Shown here piece after piece: positions 1-9,609 of a DNA stretch of 12,935 nt; the stretch's first letter is position 1; each line of letters opens with the position of its first letter. A program made the translations under genes and the position numbers. The notes under the pieces are model-generated. The model was given only the letters and a program-made list of their open reading frames with translations, was not told the origin of the DNA and made no database searches. Origin of the DNA: a virus (taxonomy: Duplodnaviria > Heunggongvirae > Uroviricota > Caudoviricetes); the IMG/VR virus record IMGVR_UViG_2579779007_000003. The stretch is one strand, 5' to 3'.

Positions 1-731
1 CGCTGTTACCCCGCCAGCCGTTATTGCTGTCCGGGCCACAGCCGCTGGCATTACCTGCACCACGCCCTGTACTGGCATTACCCCCACCCGGCGTACCGGT
101 AACAGCACGGCCTGCACCATTACCTTTACCCGGTAAATCCGGTCTTCTGAGCAGGCTTGCAGGCAGTGCTGCCGGGCAACTGGTTACGGGAACGGTCGGA
201 AAGCTGGCTGATGCCGGGCGTGCCGCTGGCGGGTGGTTTTCCGGTATCGGAAACAAACTTGCAGGCAGTGCGATCGGTCGGGTTGTGACAAAAGGTGCCG
301 GGGCGCTGGGCTGGATGGGAAAAGGTGCCGGTCGTGCGTTGTCACGTCTGGGTAGCCCGCTAATGGGGGCACTCCAGCTTGCCCCCGTCCTGATGGATGA
401 GCAGGCGTCAACCCATGAAAAAGCAGGCGCAATTGGCAGTACAGCCGGTGCATGGCTCGGCGGTGCCGTTGGCAGCCTTGCCGGACCGCTGGGTACGGTT
501 GCCGGTGCCACGCTGGGCAGTGTCGCCGGGGAGTATCTGGGCGGTTTTGTAACCGACCTGTATCAGAAATGGACGGCCCCGGATAAGGAGCCGCAGGAAC
601 AAAAAGTGAATGCGGAAGCCTCGTTGCGCGTCGAACTTGGCGAGGGGTTACGTCTGACCAGTTCACGCGTCACCGAGGACGGTATGGGGCTGAATATTTA
701 CGCGGGCGATAACTACATTACGGGCTGGTAA
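1..731 (+). CDS. Tail tape-measure protein, C-terminal fragment (5' end lies outside the window)
   Basis: Frame is open from the window edge (codons phased from position 3) to a stop at 729-731. Translation is Pro-rich, then Gly/Ala-rich with hydrophobic stretches, typical of tape-measure C-termini. It sits immediately upstream of the N-like gene, as in Mu. Product assignment is by position and composition only. Confidence 0.5.
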   Translation, partial: LLPRQPLLLSGPQPLALPAPRPVLALPPPGVPVTARPAPLPLPGKSGLLSRLAGSAAGQLVTGTVGKLADAGRAAGGWFSGIGNKLAGSAIGRVVTKGAGALGWMGKGAGRALSRLGSPLMGALQLAPVLMDEQASTHEKAGAIGSTAGAWLGGAVGSLAGPLGTVAGATLGSVAGEYLGGFVTDLYQKWTAPDKEPQEQKVNAEASLRVELGEGLRLTSSRVTEDGMGLNIYAGDNYITGW

Positions 732-735
732 AACC

Positions 736-2223
736 ATGTTTGAAGATGCTTTAAATGCCGTTAATGCTGTCCGGGATAAAACCGGTGGAGGCAAGAAAAC
801 AACCGGCAAAGGCACGTTCCGTAACGTGCCGTTTCTCGTCATCGAGGAGCAAAAACAGGCTGGCGGACGTCGCCTAGTTAAACGTGAGTACCCGTTACGT
901 GATACCGGCGGCGTCAATGACCTGGGGAAAAAGCTTCGCTCCCGTACATTCAGCGTCTGCATTCTGAACAGCAACGCAGAAACAGCCAGAGATGAAGCGG
1001 GTGCGCTGATGGATGCTCTTGATGCTCCGGGTAGCGGTGAGCTGGTACATCCTGATTTCGGCACTGTGGACGTCATGGTGGATTCATGGGAATGCCGCAC
1101 TAAAGCGGATGAACTGAATTATTACGCGTTCACCGTTACTGTTTATCCGTCGTTGCAGGATACTGCCCCGGACGCAGAGACAGACACCAGTGCAGCCGTA
1201 CCGGCACAGGCCGTTGCTGTAACCGGTTCTCTGGGAGATACACTGTCCTCTGTCTGGCAGACCGTAAAAGATGGCACTGCGGCGGCAACCGCCGTGATGG
1301 AAGCTGTAACCGGTGTCATCGATGATATCAGTGATGCGGTGGACAATCTGGGGGTTACGCAGACTGTCAGCGGTCTGATGGGATCGCTTTCTGCGATGAA
1401 AGGCTCTGTGACCAGCCTGATTAACCAGCCTGCCATGCTGGCCTCCTCGCTGATGGGGGCGCTGTCCGGCGTTTCATCGTTATGCGATACCCGGACAGCA
1501 TTTTCCACCTGGAACCGTCTGGCGCAGCGATTCGAACGTCGCCATGCCGCCACCGCAGGCAGACAGGGGACAATCACAACCTCGTACAACAGTCCGGTTG
1601 CAGAAAAAAATATTGCCACACTGAACTACGTCATGCTGGCAGCGGCGCAGACATACCGGGCAGAAGCTGCCAGCCAGGCACTGACTGCGGCACTGGATTT
1701 CAGTCGCCGGATGGATAATGCCGCCCGTGCACCTGTACTGGATGCCCCGTCCACCACAACCGGCACAGCCAGCGGGGCCAGCAGCACATCTGCTACCGTC
1801 ACACAGGGACAGTTACAGTTAACTGCCATAACCCCGGACGGCGGCTTTTCACAGGTATCCTTTTCAGACAGTGGTACAGCCACGCCCCCGGTATTTGAAA
1901 GTGTGTCCGATATCGGAAAAACAGCCGCCATGCTGGGGGCTGCACTGGATACCGTCATTCTGACGGCATCTGAGCAGGGCTTTTCGACAGACAGCGTTCA
2001 GCTTACGCAACTGCGTCTGCTGGTTGTTGCCGACCTGGAAAAACGCGGGCTGCAACTGGCGGGCAGTGAAACGCACCGCCTGCCGGAGACGATGCCTGCA
2101 ATGGTGGCCCTGTACCGTTACACAGGAAACAGCCGGAACTGGCAACGGCTGGCCCGCAGGAACGGTATCAGCAACCCGTTGTTTGTTCCCGGTGGTGTCA
2201 GTATTGAGGTGATTAATGAGTAA
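736..2223 (+). CDS. N: Mu gpN-like tail protein (DNA circularisation protein family)
   Basis: 495-aa ORF starting 4 bp after the upstream stop. Size and position (after the tape measure, before the P-like gene) match Mu N. Its 3' end overlaps the next start by 8 nt (ATG 2216, stop 2221-2223). Confidence 0.7.
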   Translation: MFEDALNAVNAVRDKTGGGKKTTGKGTFRNVPFLVIEEQKQAGGRRLVKREYPLRDTGGVNDLGKKLRSRTFSVCILNSNAETARDEAGALMDALDAPGSGELVHPDFGTVDVMVDSWECRTKADELNYYAFTVTVYPSLQDTAPDAETDTSAAVPAQAVAVTGSLGDTLSSVWQTVKDGTAAATAVMEAVTGVIDDISDAVDNLGVTQTVSGLMGSLSAMKGSVTSLINQPAMLASSLMGALSGVSSLCDTRTAFSTWNRLAQRFERRHAATAGRQGTITTSYNSPVAEKNIATLNYVMLAAAQTYRAEAASQALTAALDFSRRMDNAARAPVLDAPSTTTGTASGASSTSATVTQGQLQLTAITPDGGFSQVSFSDSGTATPPVFESVSDIGKTAAMLGAALDTVILTASEQGFSTDSVQLTQLRLLVVADLEKRGLQLAGSETHRLPETMPAMVALYRYTGNSRNWQRLARRNGISNPLFVPGGVSIEVINE

Positions 2224-3349
2224 TACCGTCACGCTGCGAACGGATGGCAGGCTTTTTACCGGCTGGACGTCAGTCTCTGTCACCCGCTCGATTGAATCCG
2301 TAGCCGGATATTTTGAGCTGGGGGTGAACGTGCCACCGGGTACGGATTTATCCGGGCTGGCACCGGGGAAGGCGTTCACGCTGGAAATCGGGGGGCAGAT
2401 TGTCTGCACCGGTTATATCGATTCACGGCGACGCCAGATGACCGCTGACAGTATGAAAATCACTGTCGCCGGACGTGACAAAACGGCTGACCTGATTGAC
2501 TGTGCTGCCGTTTACAGTGGCGGACAGTGGAAAAACCGCACACTGGAGCAGATTGCGCGTGACCTGTGCGCCCCTTATGGCGTTACCGTTCGCTGGGAGC
2601 TTTCCGATAAGGAAAGTTCGGCAGTTTTTCCCGGCTTCACGCTGGACCATTCAGAAACCGTTTATGAGGCGCTGGTGCGTGCCTCCCGCGCACGCGGTGT
2701 ACTGATGACCAGCAATGCCGCCGGGGAGCTGGTATTCAGCCGGGCTGCCAGCACAGCCACTGATGAGCTGGTTCTCGGAGAAAATCTGCTGACACTGGAT
2801 TTTGAGGAAGACTTCCGCGACCGGTTCAGCGAATACACCGTCAAGGGGTATGCCCGCACAAATGGTGCTGAGGGTGATGATATTGATGCGAAAAGTATCG
2901 TCTCCCGGAAAGGGACCGCCACGGACAGTGATGTGACCCGTTACAGACCGATGATCATCATTGCTGACAGCAAAATTACGGCGAAGGATGCACAGGCCCG
3001 CGCCCTGCGTGAGCAGCGCCGCAGACTGGCAAAATCCATCACCTTTGAGGCAGAAATTGACGGATGGACACGCAAGGACGGGCAACTCTGGATGCCGAAC
3101 CTGCTGGTCACTATTGATGCCTCGAAATATGCCATCAAAACCACAGAATTACTGGTCAGCAAAGTCAACCTGATACTGAATGACCAGGACGGGCTGAAAA
3201 CCCGCGTCAGCCTTTCACCACGCGAAGGCTTTCTGGTGCCGGTTGAAAGTGACCGTAAAAACAAAAGTGACAATAACGGCGGTATTGATGCGCTGGTTGA
3301 AGATTATTATCGCAGACACCCGGAGAAAACGCCGCCGTGGAAAGAGTAA
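2216..3349 (+). CDS. P: Mu gpP-like tail/baseplate protein
   Basis: 377-aa ORF, translationally coupled to N by overlap. Position and size match the Mu P tail protein. Confidence 0.65.
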   Translation: MSNTVTLRTDGRLFTGWTSVSVTRSIESVAGYFELGVNVPPGTDLSGLAPGKAFTLEIGGQIVCTGYIDSRRRQMTADSMKITVAGRDKTADLIDCAAVYSGGQWKNRTLEQIARDLCAPYGVTVRWELSDKESSAVFPGFTLDHSETVYEALVRASRARGVLMTSNAAGELVFSRAASTATDELVLGENLLTLDFEEDFRDRFSEYTVKGYARTNGAEGDDIDAKSIVSRKGTATDSDVTRYRPMIIIADSKITAKDAQARALREQRRRLAKSITFEAEIDGWTRKDGQLWMPNLLVTIDASKYAIKTTELLVSKVNLILNDQDGLKTRVSLSPREGFLVPVESDRKNKSDNNGGIDALVEDYYRRHPEKTPPWKE

Positions 3350-3930
3350 ATGATTCCGCCATGAACCGCCTGCTGATGCCGCTGATGCGTCGTGTGCGCC
3401 TGATGCTTGCGCGTGCCGTTGTTAACGTGATTAACGACGGGCGAAAGGTTCAGAACCTGCAGGTTGGTCTGCTGGATGATGAGGAATCTGATGAAGTGGA
3501 GCGCCTGCAAAATTACGGGCATTTCAGCGTTCCTCTGCCGGGCGCAGAGGCGCTGATTGCCTGTGTGGGTGCACAACGTGATCAGGGGATTGCCGTTGTG
3601 GTGGAAGACCGCCGCTACCGCCCGACAAATCTTGAACCGGGTGATGCTGGCATTTACCACCACGAGGGGCATCGTATCAGGCTGACAAAGGACGGACGCT
3701 GCATCATTACCTGTAAAACGGTTGAGGTTTACGCTGATGAAAGTATGACCGTTGACACACCCAGAACCACGTTTACCGGCGACGTTGAGATCCAGAAAGG
3801 TCTGGGCGTTAAAGGTAAAAGCCAGTTCGACAGCAATATTACTGCCCCGGATGCCATCATCAATGGCAAATCGACGGATAAGCATATCCACCGTGGCGAT
3901 AGCGGCGGAACCACGGGGCCAATGCAATGA
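3337..3930 (+). CDS. Baseplate assembly/spike protein (P2 gpV-type; Mu gp45 position)
   Basis: 197-aa ORF in the baseplate block. The start is uncertain (ATG at 3337 overlaps the upstream gene; an alternative Met lies at 3361). Assigned by size and gene order. Confidence 0.6.
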   Translation: MERVNDSAMNRLLMPLMRRVRLMLARAVVNVINDGRKVQNLQVGLLDDEESDEVERLQNYGHFSVPLPGAEALIACVGAQRDQGIAVVVEDRRYRPTNLEPGDAGIYHHEGHRIRLTKDGRCIITCKTVEVYADESMTVDTPRTTFTGDVEIQKGLGVKGKSQFDSNITAPDAIINGKSTDKHIHRGDSGGTTGPMQ

Positions 3931-4364
3931 CCGATTTAGCCATTATCTGGACGAACGGACGCGGCGATATTGCACAGGATGGCATTGATATGCTGACCGA
4001 CGACAGCCTGACAACCGATGTGACAATCTCCCTGTTTACCGACCGGCGCGCGCTGGATTCTGACACGCTGCCGGATGGTTCAGATGATCGCCGTGGATGG
4101 TGGGGTGACAGTTACCGCGACCGCCCCATCGGTTCGCGGTTGTGGCTGTTATCACGTGAAAAAGCCACACCGGATACGCTGGAACGCGCCAGAGGGTATG
4201 CCGAAGAGGCGCTGGAATGGCTGAAAACAGCGGGCCGGGTAAGTGCGATTAACGTCAGGGCGGAACAGTTACATCAGGGCTGGTTATACCTCTACATTGC
4301 ACTGACATTACCGGATGGTTCCGTTATTCCTTATGAGTTTAAAGCAGCATTTAACGGGGTTTAA
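3927..4364 (+). CDS. Baseplate protein, GP46 / T4 gp25-like (P2 gpW-type)
   Basis: 145-aa ORF whose start overlaps the upstream stop in an ATGA motif (3927-3930). Small acidic baseplate-wedge-type protein at the expected position. Confidence 0.6.
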   Translation: MTDLAIIWTNGRGDIAQDGIDMLTDDSLTTDVTISLFTDRRALDSDTLPDGSDDRRGWWGDSYRDRPIGSRLWLLSREKATPDTLERARGYAEEALEWLKTAGRVSAINVRAEQLHQGWLYLYIALTLPDGSVIPYEFKAAFNGV

Positions 4365-5447
4365 ATGGCTTATTCACCACCGACATTATCATCGCTGATT
4401 GCCCGTACAGAACAGAATATTGAACAGCGCCTGCCGGGTAGCTGGCCTCAGGCCCGTGAAAAAACGCTGAGTGCCATTGCTTATGCTCAGGCGGGCCTTG
4501 CTGCCGGTTGTCACGAGCATATTTCATGGGTTGGACGGCAGATTATCCCGTCGACAGCAGATGAAGATGAGTTGCTGGAGCACTGCCGGTTCTGGGGGGT
4601 GCGCCGCAAACAGGCGACAGCCGCCAGCGGCCCGCTGACTGTCACCACATCGGCAGCGACCACCATTCCTGCCGGTACACGCTGGCAGCGTGCTGATGGT
4701 GTGGTTTACAGCCTGGCTGATGCCATTGTGATTGACCGTGCAGGAACGACGGAAATTACCGTTACCGCACTGGCTGCCGGTGAGGCAGGAAATACCGGTG
4801 AGAATACCCTTTTAACGTTGATCACCCCGGTTGCCTGTGTTGTTTCCGATGCCATCACTGTAAAAGGGTTTTCCGGTGGAGCTGATATTGAGAGTGCAGC
4901 GGAGCTGCTGTCACGGCTGGAATATCGTGTCCAGTATCCTCCGTTCGGCGGTAATCAGTTTGATTACGTCCGCTGGGCACGTGAAGTCAGCGGCGTTACC
5001 CGTGCCTGGTGTTTTCCGACATGGAAAGGCGGTGGCACAGTCGGGGTGACGTTTGTTATGGATAACCGGAGCAATATTTTTCCACAACCGGCAGACGTGG
5101 AACGCGTGGCGGATTATATCGCCGGTCATACTGACCCGATCACCGGTCTGATTGTCGGACAGCCTGACGGTGTAAATGTCACTGTATTTGCGCCAAAGGC
5201 AAAGCCGGTAAATCCACGGATTTATATATCACCGAAGACAGCCGAACTGAAACAGGCTATTACCCACGCCATTAATACCATGTTTTTTAATGAGGTGACG
5301 CCGGGCGGCGCACTTGCCCCCTCCCGTATTATCCGTGCGGTGGCAGGTGTTACCGGTCTGGATGATTTTGAAGTGCGTTTCCCGACAGAGATCCAGCGTT
5401 CGGAGAATACGGAACTGTTAACACCGGGGACAATTGAATGGCTGTAA
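4365..5447 (+). CDS. Baseplate J-like protein (P2 gpJ-type)
   Basis: 360-aa ORF starting immediately after the upstream stop (TAA then ATG at 4365). Size and order match the Mu/P2 baseplate J family. Confidence 0.65.
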   Translation: MAYSPPTLSSLIARTEQNIEQRLPGSWPQAREKTLSAIAYAQAGLAAGCHEHISWVGRQIIPSTADEDELLEHCRFWGVRRKQATAASGPLTVTTSAATTIPAGTRWQRADGVVYSLADAIVIDRAGTTEITVTALAAGEAGNTGENTLLTLITPVACVVSDAITVKGFSGGADIESAAELLSRLEYRVQYPPFGGNQFDYVRWAREVSGVTRAWCFPTWKGGGTVGVTFVMDNRSNIFPQPADVERVADYIAGHTDPITGLIVGQPDGVNVTVFAPKAKPVNPRIYISPKTAELKQAITHAINTMFFNEVTPGGALAPSRIIRAVAGVTGLDDFEVRFPTEIQRSENTELLTPGTIEWL

Positions 5448-5980
5448 CACCCTATCAGACGGCCTTTCTGCAATTACTGCCGTCAGGGCTTGCCTGGAAT
5501 AAAAGCCCCGACAGCAAATTATCTGCGCTGGCGCAGGCCATCAGTGACGTGATTGCCACTGCGGCGGATGATGCGCGGCAAATGCTGCGGGAGCGTTTCC
5601 CGTCCACATCCCGCTGGTATCTGGGGGAGTGGGAATCATTTCTGGGGTTGCCTGACTGTACCAGCGAAAACGGCACCCTGTCCGAACGCCAGCGGGCTGC
5701 CGCGAATAAAATGCGTATGACCGGCAATCTGAGTCGGCGTTTTTATGAATGGCTGGCTGCGCAGTACGGTTTTACCGTCAGGCTGACGGATTCCACAGAA
5801 GGCCAGTGGGTTACGCAGGTCAATATTTACGGTATTAAAAATTATCGCAACGCAACGGTGCTGGATAATGTTCTGACGCCGTTACGTGTTTATGAATCGG
5901 GTGCGCTGGAATGTTTACTGGAGAAATATAAACCCGCGCATCAGATTTATAAATTTGTTTACCATGACGGAGATAACTAA
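5438..5980 (+). CDS. Tail protein, P2 gpI-like (YmfQ-like)
   Basis: 180-aa ORF overlapping the upstream gene by 10 nt and the downstream S start by 1 nt (TAATG at 5976-5982). It occupies the position just before the tail-fibre gene, as in Mu and P2. Confidence 0.6.
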   Translation: MAVTPYQTAFLQLLPSGLAWNKSPDSKLSALAQAISDVIATAADDARQMLRERFPSTSRWYLGEWESFLGLPDCTSENGTLSERQRAAANKMRMTGNLSRRFYEWLAAQYGFTVRLTDSTEGQWVTQVNIYGIKNYRNATVLDNVLTPLRVYESGALECLLEKYKPAHQIYKFVYHDGDN

Positions 5981-7197
5981 TGTTTTATATTGATAACGAC
6001 AGCGGCGTAACCGTCATGCCGCCCGTATCCGCCCAGCGTAGTGCTATCGTTCGCTGGTTTTCAGAAGGTGACGGGAATAATGTTATCACATGGCCCGGCA
6101 TGGACTGGTTTAATATTGTTCAGGCGGAGTTATTAAACACGCTGGAAGAAGCCGGTATTCAACCGGATAAAACAAAATTAAACCAGCTTGCACTGTCCAT
6201 TAAAGCCATTATGAGCAATAACGCGCTGCTGATAAAAAATAACCTCAGCGAAATTAAAATTGCCGGGGCATCAGCACAGCGTACAGCACGTGAAAATCTG
6301 GATATCTATGATGCCAGCCTGAACAAAAAAGGACTCGTTCAGCTAACCAGTGCCACTGACAGCCCCAGTGAAACGCTGGCAGCCACCGCAAAAGCGGTGA
6401 AAATTGCGATGGATAATGCCAATGCCCGTCTGGCAAAAGACCGGAACGGAGCAGATATTCCCAATAAGCCGCTATTTATCCAAAACCTCGGTTTACGAGA
6501 ACTCGGCACAAGCGGGGAGAAAATACCGTTACTCAGTACAGCGAATACCTGGACTAATCGACAAACATTCAGCGGTGGCCTTTCTGGGGAACTGTCCGGC
6601 AATGCCGCTACTGCAACAAAGCTGAAAACAGCACGAAAAATTGCTGGAGTTGGTTTTGATGGTTCTAGCGATATTTCAATTAGTGCCAAAAATGTCAATG
6701 CATTTGCACTCCGACAAACAGGTAATACTGTTAATGGTGATACATCCGTTGGATGGAATTGGGATAGTGGTGCATATAACGCCCTGATTGGTGGTGCATC
6801 TGCATTAATTCTTCACTTTAATATAAATGCTGGTAGCTGTCCTGCCGTACAATTCCGTGTGAATTATAAAAATGGTGGCATTTCCTACAGGTCGGCTCGT
6901 GATGGTTATGGGTTTGAATTAGGTTGGTCAGATTTCTATACCACGACACGAAAACCTTCAGCGGGAGATGTTGGTGCATATACTCAGGCAGAATGTAACT
7001 CAAGGTTTATTACAGGTATTCGCCTTGGCGGTCTGTCATCTGTTCAGACATGGAATGGTCCCGGCTGGTCTGACAGGTCAGGTTATGTCGTTACGGGTTC
7101 AGTTAACGGAAACCGTGATGAATTAATTGATACAACTCAGGCAAGGCCAATTCAGTATTGCATTAATGGGACGTGGTATAATGCGGGGAGTATTTAA
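5980..7197 (+). CDS. S: Tail fibre protein S (constant part Sc about 5980-6489 fused to variable part Sv 6490-7197 in the present orientation)
   Basis: 405-aa ORF. It contains the conserved tail-fibre motif KKGLVQLTSATDSPSETLAATAKAVK and ends in the INGTWYN C-terminal motif. The gix-like site at 6476-6501 lies inside it and encodes IQNLGL. Confidence 0.8.
   Translation: MFYIDNDSGVTVMPPVSAQRSAIVRWFSEGDGNNVITWPGMDWFNIVQAELLNTLEEAGIQPDKTKLNQLALSIKAIMSNNALLIKNNLSEIKIAGASAQRTARENLDIYDASLNKKGLVQLTSATDSPSETLAATAKAVKIAMDNANARLAKDRNGADIPNKPLFIQNLGLRELGTSGEKIPLLSTANTWTNRQTFSGGLSGELSGNAATATKLKTARKIAGVGFDGSSDISISAKNVNAFALRQTGNTVNGDTSVGWNWDSGAYNALIGGASALILHFNINAGSCPAVQFRVNYKNGGISYRSARDGYGFELGWSDFYTTTRKPSAGDVGAYTQAECNSRFITGIRLGGLSSVQTWNGPGWSDRSGYVVTGSVNGNRDELIDTTQARPIQYCINGTWYNAGSI
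6476..6501. other. gix-like recombination site, left (gixL)
   Basis: TTATCCAAAACCTCGGTTTACGAGAA, made of two 12-bp imperfect inverted half-sites around a 2-bp core (TC at 6488-6489). It is present in inverted orientation at 9530-9555, matching 23 of 26 positions. It resembles the Gin/Hin/Cin/Pin crossover-site family. Confidence 0.8.
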
Positions 7198-7199
7198 CG

Positions 7200-7733
7200 A
7201 TGATGCACTTAAAAAACATTACTGCTGGCAACCCTAAAACAAAAGAGCAATACCAGCTAACAAAGCAATTTAACATCAAATGGCTTTATTCAGATGATGG
7301 AAAAAACTGGTATGAGGAACAAAAGAATTTCCAGCCAGACACTTTGAAAATGGTCTATGACCATAACGGCGTTATTATTTGTATTGAAAAGGATGTTTCA
7401 GCAATTAATCCGGAAGGCGCAAGCGTCGTTGAATTACCTGATATTACAGCAAATCGCCGGGCTGATATTTCGGGTAAATGGATGTTCAAAGATGGCGTAG
7501 TGGTAAAGCGAACTTATACCGAGGAAGAGCAGAGGCAGCAGGCGGAAAATGAAAAGCAAAGCCTGCTACAGCTCGTCAGGGATAAAACCCAGCTATGGGA
7601 CTCACAGCTACGGCTGGGCATCATTTCCGACGAGAATAAACAAAAATTAACAGAGTGGATGCTCTTTGCGCAGAAAGTCGAATCTACAGACACTTCCAGC
7701 CTGCCAGTAACGTTTCCAGAACAACCAGAATGA
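7200..7733 (+). CDS. U: Tail fibre assembly protein U
   Basis: 177-aa ORF starting MMHLKNI, 2 bp after the S stop. It is paralogous to the - strand ORF at 7762-8289 over most of its length. Confidence 0.8.
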   Translation: MMHLKNITAGNPKTKEQYQLTKQFNIKWLYSDDGKNWYEEQKNFQPDTLKMVYDHNGVIICIEKDVSAINPEGASVVELPDITANRRADISGKWMFKDGVVVKRTYTEEEQRQQAENEKQSLLQLVRDKTQLWDSQLRLGIISDENKQKLTEWMLFAQKVESTDTSSLPVTFPEQPE

Positions 7734-7736
7734 AAC

Positions 7737-7766
7737 AAGGCCCGCTATCGGGCCTTAATTTTTATT
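7737..7766. terminator. Bidirectional intrinsic terminator between the convergent U and U' genes
   Basis: Hairpin AAGGCCCG-CTAT-CGGGCCTT (7737-7756) followed by AATTTTTATT, 3 bp after the U stop. On the - strand the same hairpin sits just after the U' stop (7762-7764). Confidence 0.6.
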
Positions 7767-8289
7767 CAGGCTTTTGTGGCCATTCAGGATTTGCCGTATC
7801 CACACGGCTGACCAGAACACTGTAGCGTTCCCATGACTCCAGTCGTGCGCGTTCCTCATCCGTCGCCATATTCAGCCTGACGGCGCGTTCCAGTGGCTGA
7901 ATAACGCTTTCTGCTTCGGAAAGTAACGCGGCCTTTTGTGATTCTGCCTGTTGTTGCTGTTCGTCTGCCGTATAAATCCGTTTAACCACAGCTCCATCCT
8001 TAAACATCCACTTTCCTGAATCATCAGCGCGGCGGTTGGCTGTAATATCTGGAACCTCAACGACGCTAAAACCTTCAGGGTTAAGCGTGGAGGCATCTTT
8101 AGTGATGGCGACAATAATATTATTTGCATCGTAAACAATCTTTATTGTGTCTGGCTGAAAGTTTTTCACTTCCTCATACCAGTTTTTTTCGTCCTCAGAG
8201 TAAAGCCAGATGACTCCGTGCTTCTTTGTTAACTCATACTGCTCCAGTGTTTTAGCATTACCCGCTTTTATATTCTTTAAGTGCATCAT
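7762..8289 (-). CDS. Tail fibre assembly protein U' (alternative, expressed after inversion)
   Basis: 175-aa ORF starting MMHLKNI on the - strand, paralogous to U with a divergent C-terminal half. It is located inside the invertible segment. Confidence 0.75.
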   Translation of the reverse strand: MMHLKNIKAGNAKTLEQYELTKKHGVIWLYSEDEKNWYEEVKNFQPDTIKIVYDANNIIVAITKDASTLNPEGFSVVEVPDITANRRADDSGKWMFKDGAVVKRIYTADEQQQQAESQKAALLSEAESVIQPLERAVRLNMATDEERARLESWERYSVLVSRVDTANPEWPQKPE

Positions 8290-8290
8290 A

Positions 8291-9541
8291 TTAAACGCTC
8301 GCTACATTATACCAGGTGCCATTTATATACTTTTGAACGGGTCTGTAATAAACGCCAGCTATATTATCGGCAGAATTGGACCCTGTATCCTGAACATTTA
8401 TACCAGACAATACATGACCTGAAGGGCACTGGAAGTTCCATGTTTGCCAGTTGTTCACACCATAATATTGCTGTGAGCCAAGCCGAACATCTTTCACATA
8501 TCGGGAATCAATGTTACCCCAGTTGCTTGGTTGTATCTGACCGTTTACAGCAAATATCACCGAGTTATCTGTATTTCGCTGACTATAGAAATGCCAGCCT
8601 GAATCATCACCAAGCTCTGCAACAGTTGGTCTTGACGAATTTCCCCACAAGTTAAATGATGCATTACGGGCAGCGGTATTTGCACTTGAAAGTGTGAAGA
8701 ACTTACTTTCCCCAGCCTGAATACCCTTTAATGATCTTGCTGAACCATTTATAAAGCGGAATACATGCACACCATTAGCATAAGCATCCAGCACCCCATC
8801 ACCATTTTGTTTAAACCCGGTATCGTTATCTCCTAAAACTATTGAATTTCCACCCAGGGCATTAGCCGTTCCAATCCCCAGATTTCCGCTAAAAATGGCA
8901 TTAATACCGAATATTGAGTGAGAACAATAAAACCCTCGCCCATTGTTAAAATCCAGAATGGCTTGTGCGTTCGTGCTTTCTGTCGCGGGATTAGTTGCTC
9001 CCCACTTATATGTTGTTTGACCGACGGTATAATCCTGAGTTGGAACAATAACCGTTAGCCCTTCTTCAGCAGAAACCCGCACAGGAAAAGCCCTGCCTTC
9101 AACGTAAAAAACGCTGCATACATCATCTTCTTTAAGGCTTGTTACAATGGAGTGGATTGCGCGCTCATTAGTCTGATACGTCGAAAAATAACCTGCCGCA
9201 TATGAACCACGATCAGTCCAGCCACCAGGCATTACCATTCCATTGAATTCGCAGTTATTCATTTCGTAATTACCACCGGCAGATGTGGTCGTTATAATCA
9301 CTCTGGAAGCCAGCTCGCCAGTGCTGCCTGTGGAACGCTGGAAAATAACTGGATACCACTTTCCACCAACAGCATTAGACGGCGCGTTAAATACGTACTG
9401 CCGCATTCCTTTTTTCTTATCCACCTCGCCTTTGCTGTAAACATTAATGTTACTCAGGAAGCGATCCTTATCAGGAATATCCGCGCCGTTCTGGTTTTTT
9501 TGTAATGCGCCAGAAGCCTGATTTACCGTTTCCTGCAAACC
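8291..9541 (-). CDS. Alternative tail-fibre variable segment Sv' (no start of its own; becomes the 3' part of S after inversion)
   Basis: The - strand frame is open from the gixR core (9542-9543) to a stop at 8291-8293. It encodes IQNLGLQE at the gix site in the same phase as S and ends in [12 protein letters not shown]. Sc (509 nt) plus Sv' (1252 nt) gives 1761 nt, an in-frame 586-aa fusion. The six-frame ORF extending on to 9724 is antisense to gin and not coding. Confidence 0.7.
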   Translation of the reverse strand, partial: GLQETVNQASGALQKNQNGADIPDKDRFLSNINVYSKGEVDKKKGMRQYVFNAPSNAVGGKWYPVIFQRSTGSTGELASRVIITTTSAGGNYEMNNCEFNGMVMPGGWTDRGSYAAGYFSTYQTNERAIHSIVTSLKEDDVCSVFYVEGRAFPVRVSAEEGLTVIVPTQDYTVGQTTYKWGATNPATESTNAQAILDFNNGRGFYCSHSIFGINAIFSGNLGIGTANALGGNSIVLGDNDTGFKQNGDGVLDAYANGVHVFRFINGSARSLKGIQAGESKFFTLSSANTAARNASFNLWGNSSRPTVAELGDDSGWHFYSQRNTDNSVIFAVNGQIQPSNWGNIDSRYVKDVRLGSQQYYGVNNWQTWNFQCPSGHVLSGINVQDTGSNSADNIAGVYYRPVQKYINGTWYNVASV

Positions 9542-9555
9542 GAGGTTTTGGATAA
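9530..9555. other. gix-like recombination site, right (gixR)
   Basis: TTCCTGCAAACCGAGGTTTTGGATAA, the inverted copy of the 6476-6501 site, with core GA at 9542-9543 (reverse complement TC). Confidence 0.8.
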
Positions 9556-9609
9556 TGGCTGTTTCCGGCCTGCATGGCATGATTTGCGCTTTTAAACGGG
9601 AGATCCAGA

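Larger units (their letters stand above)
6476..9555. other. Invertible G-type DNA segment (about 3.05 kb between crossover cores), present in the orientation that expresses S-U
   Basis: Bounded by inverted gix-like sites. It carries two convergent sets of tail-fibre variable part plus assembly gene (Sv-U on +, U'-Sv' on -). A serine invertase gene lies immediately to the right. Confidence 0.8.

Noticed and set aside
184-3273. Antisense and alternative-frame ORFs overlapping the tape-measure, N and P genes (for example 184-666 -, 663-1100 -, 1143-1619 -, 1626-1958 -, 1864-2409 -, 2651-3085 -, 2941-3273 -)
   Set aside because: Each is fully embedded in a longer, collinear, translationally coupled + strand gene, and their Arg/Pro/Cys-rich translations look non-protein-like.
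3307-3927. 206-aa - strand ORF opposite the baseplate spike gene
   Set aside because: Complete antisense overlap with a well-placed + strand gene in an operon of coupled genes, and no RBS or promoter context.
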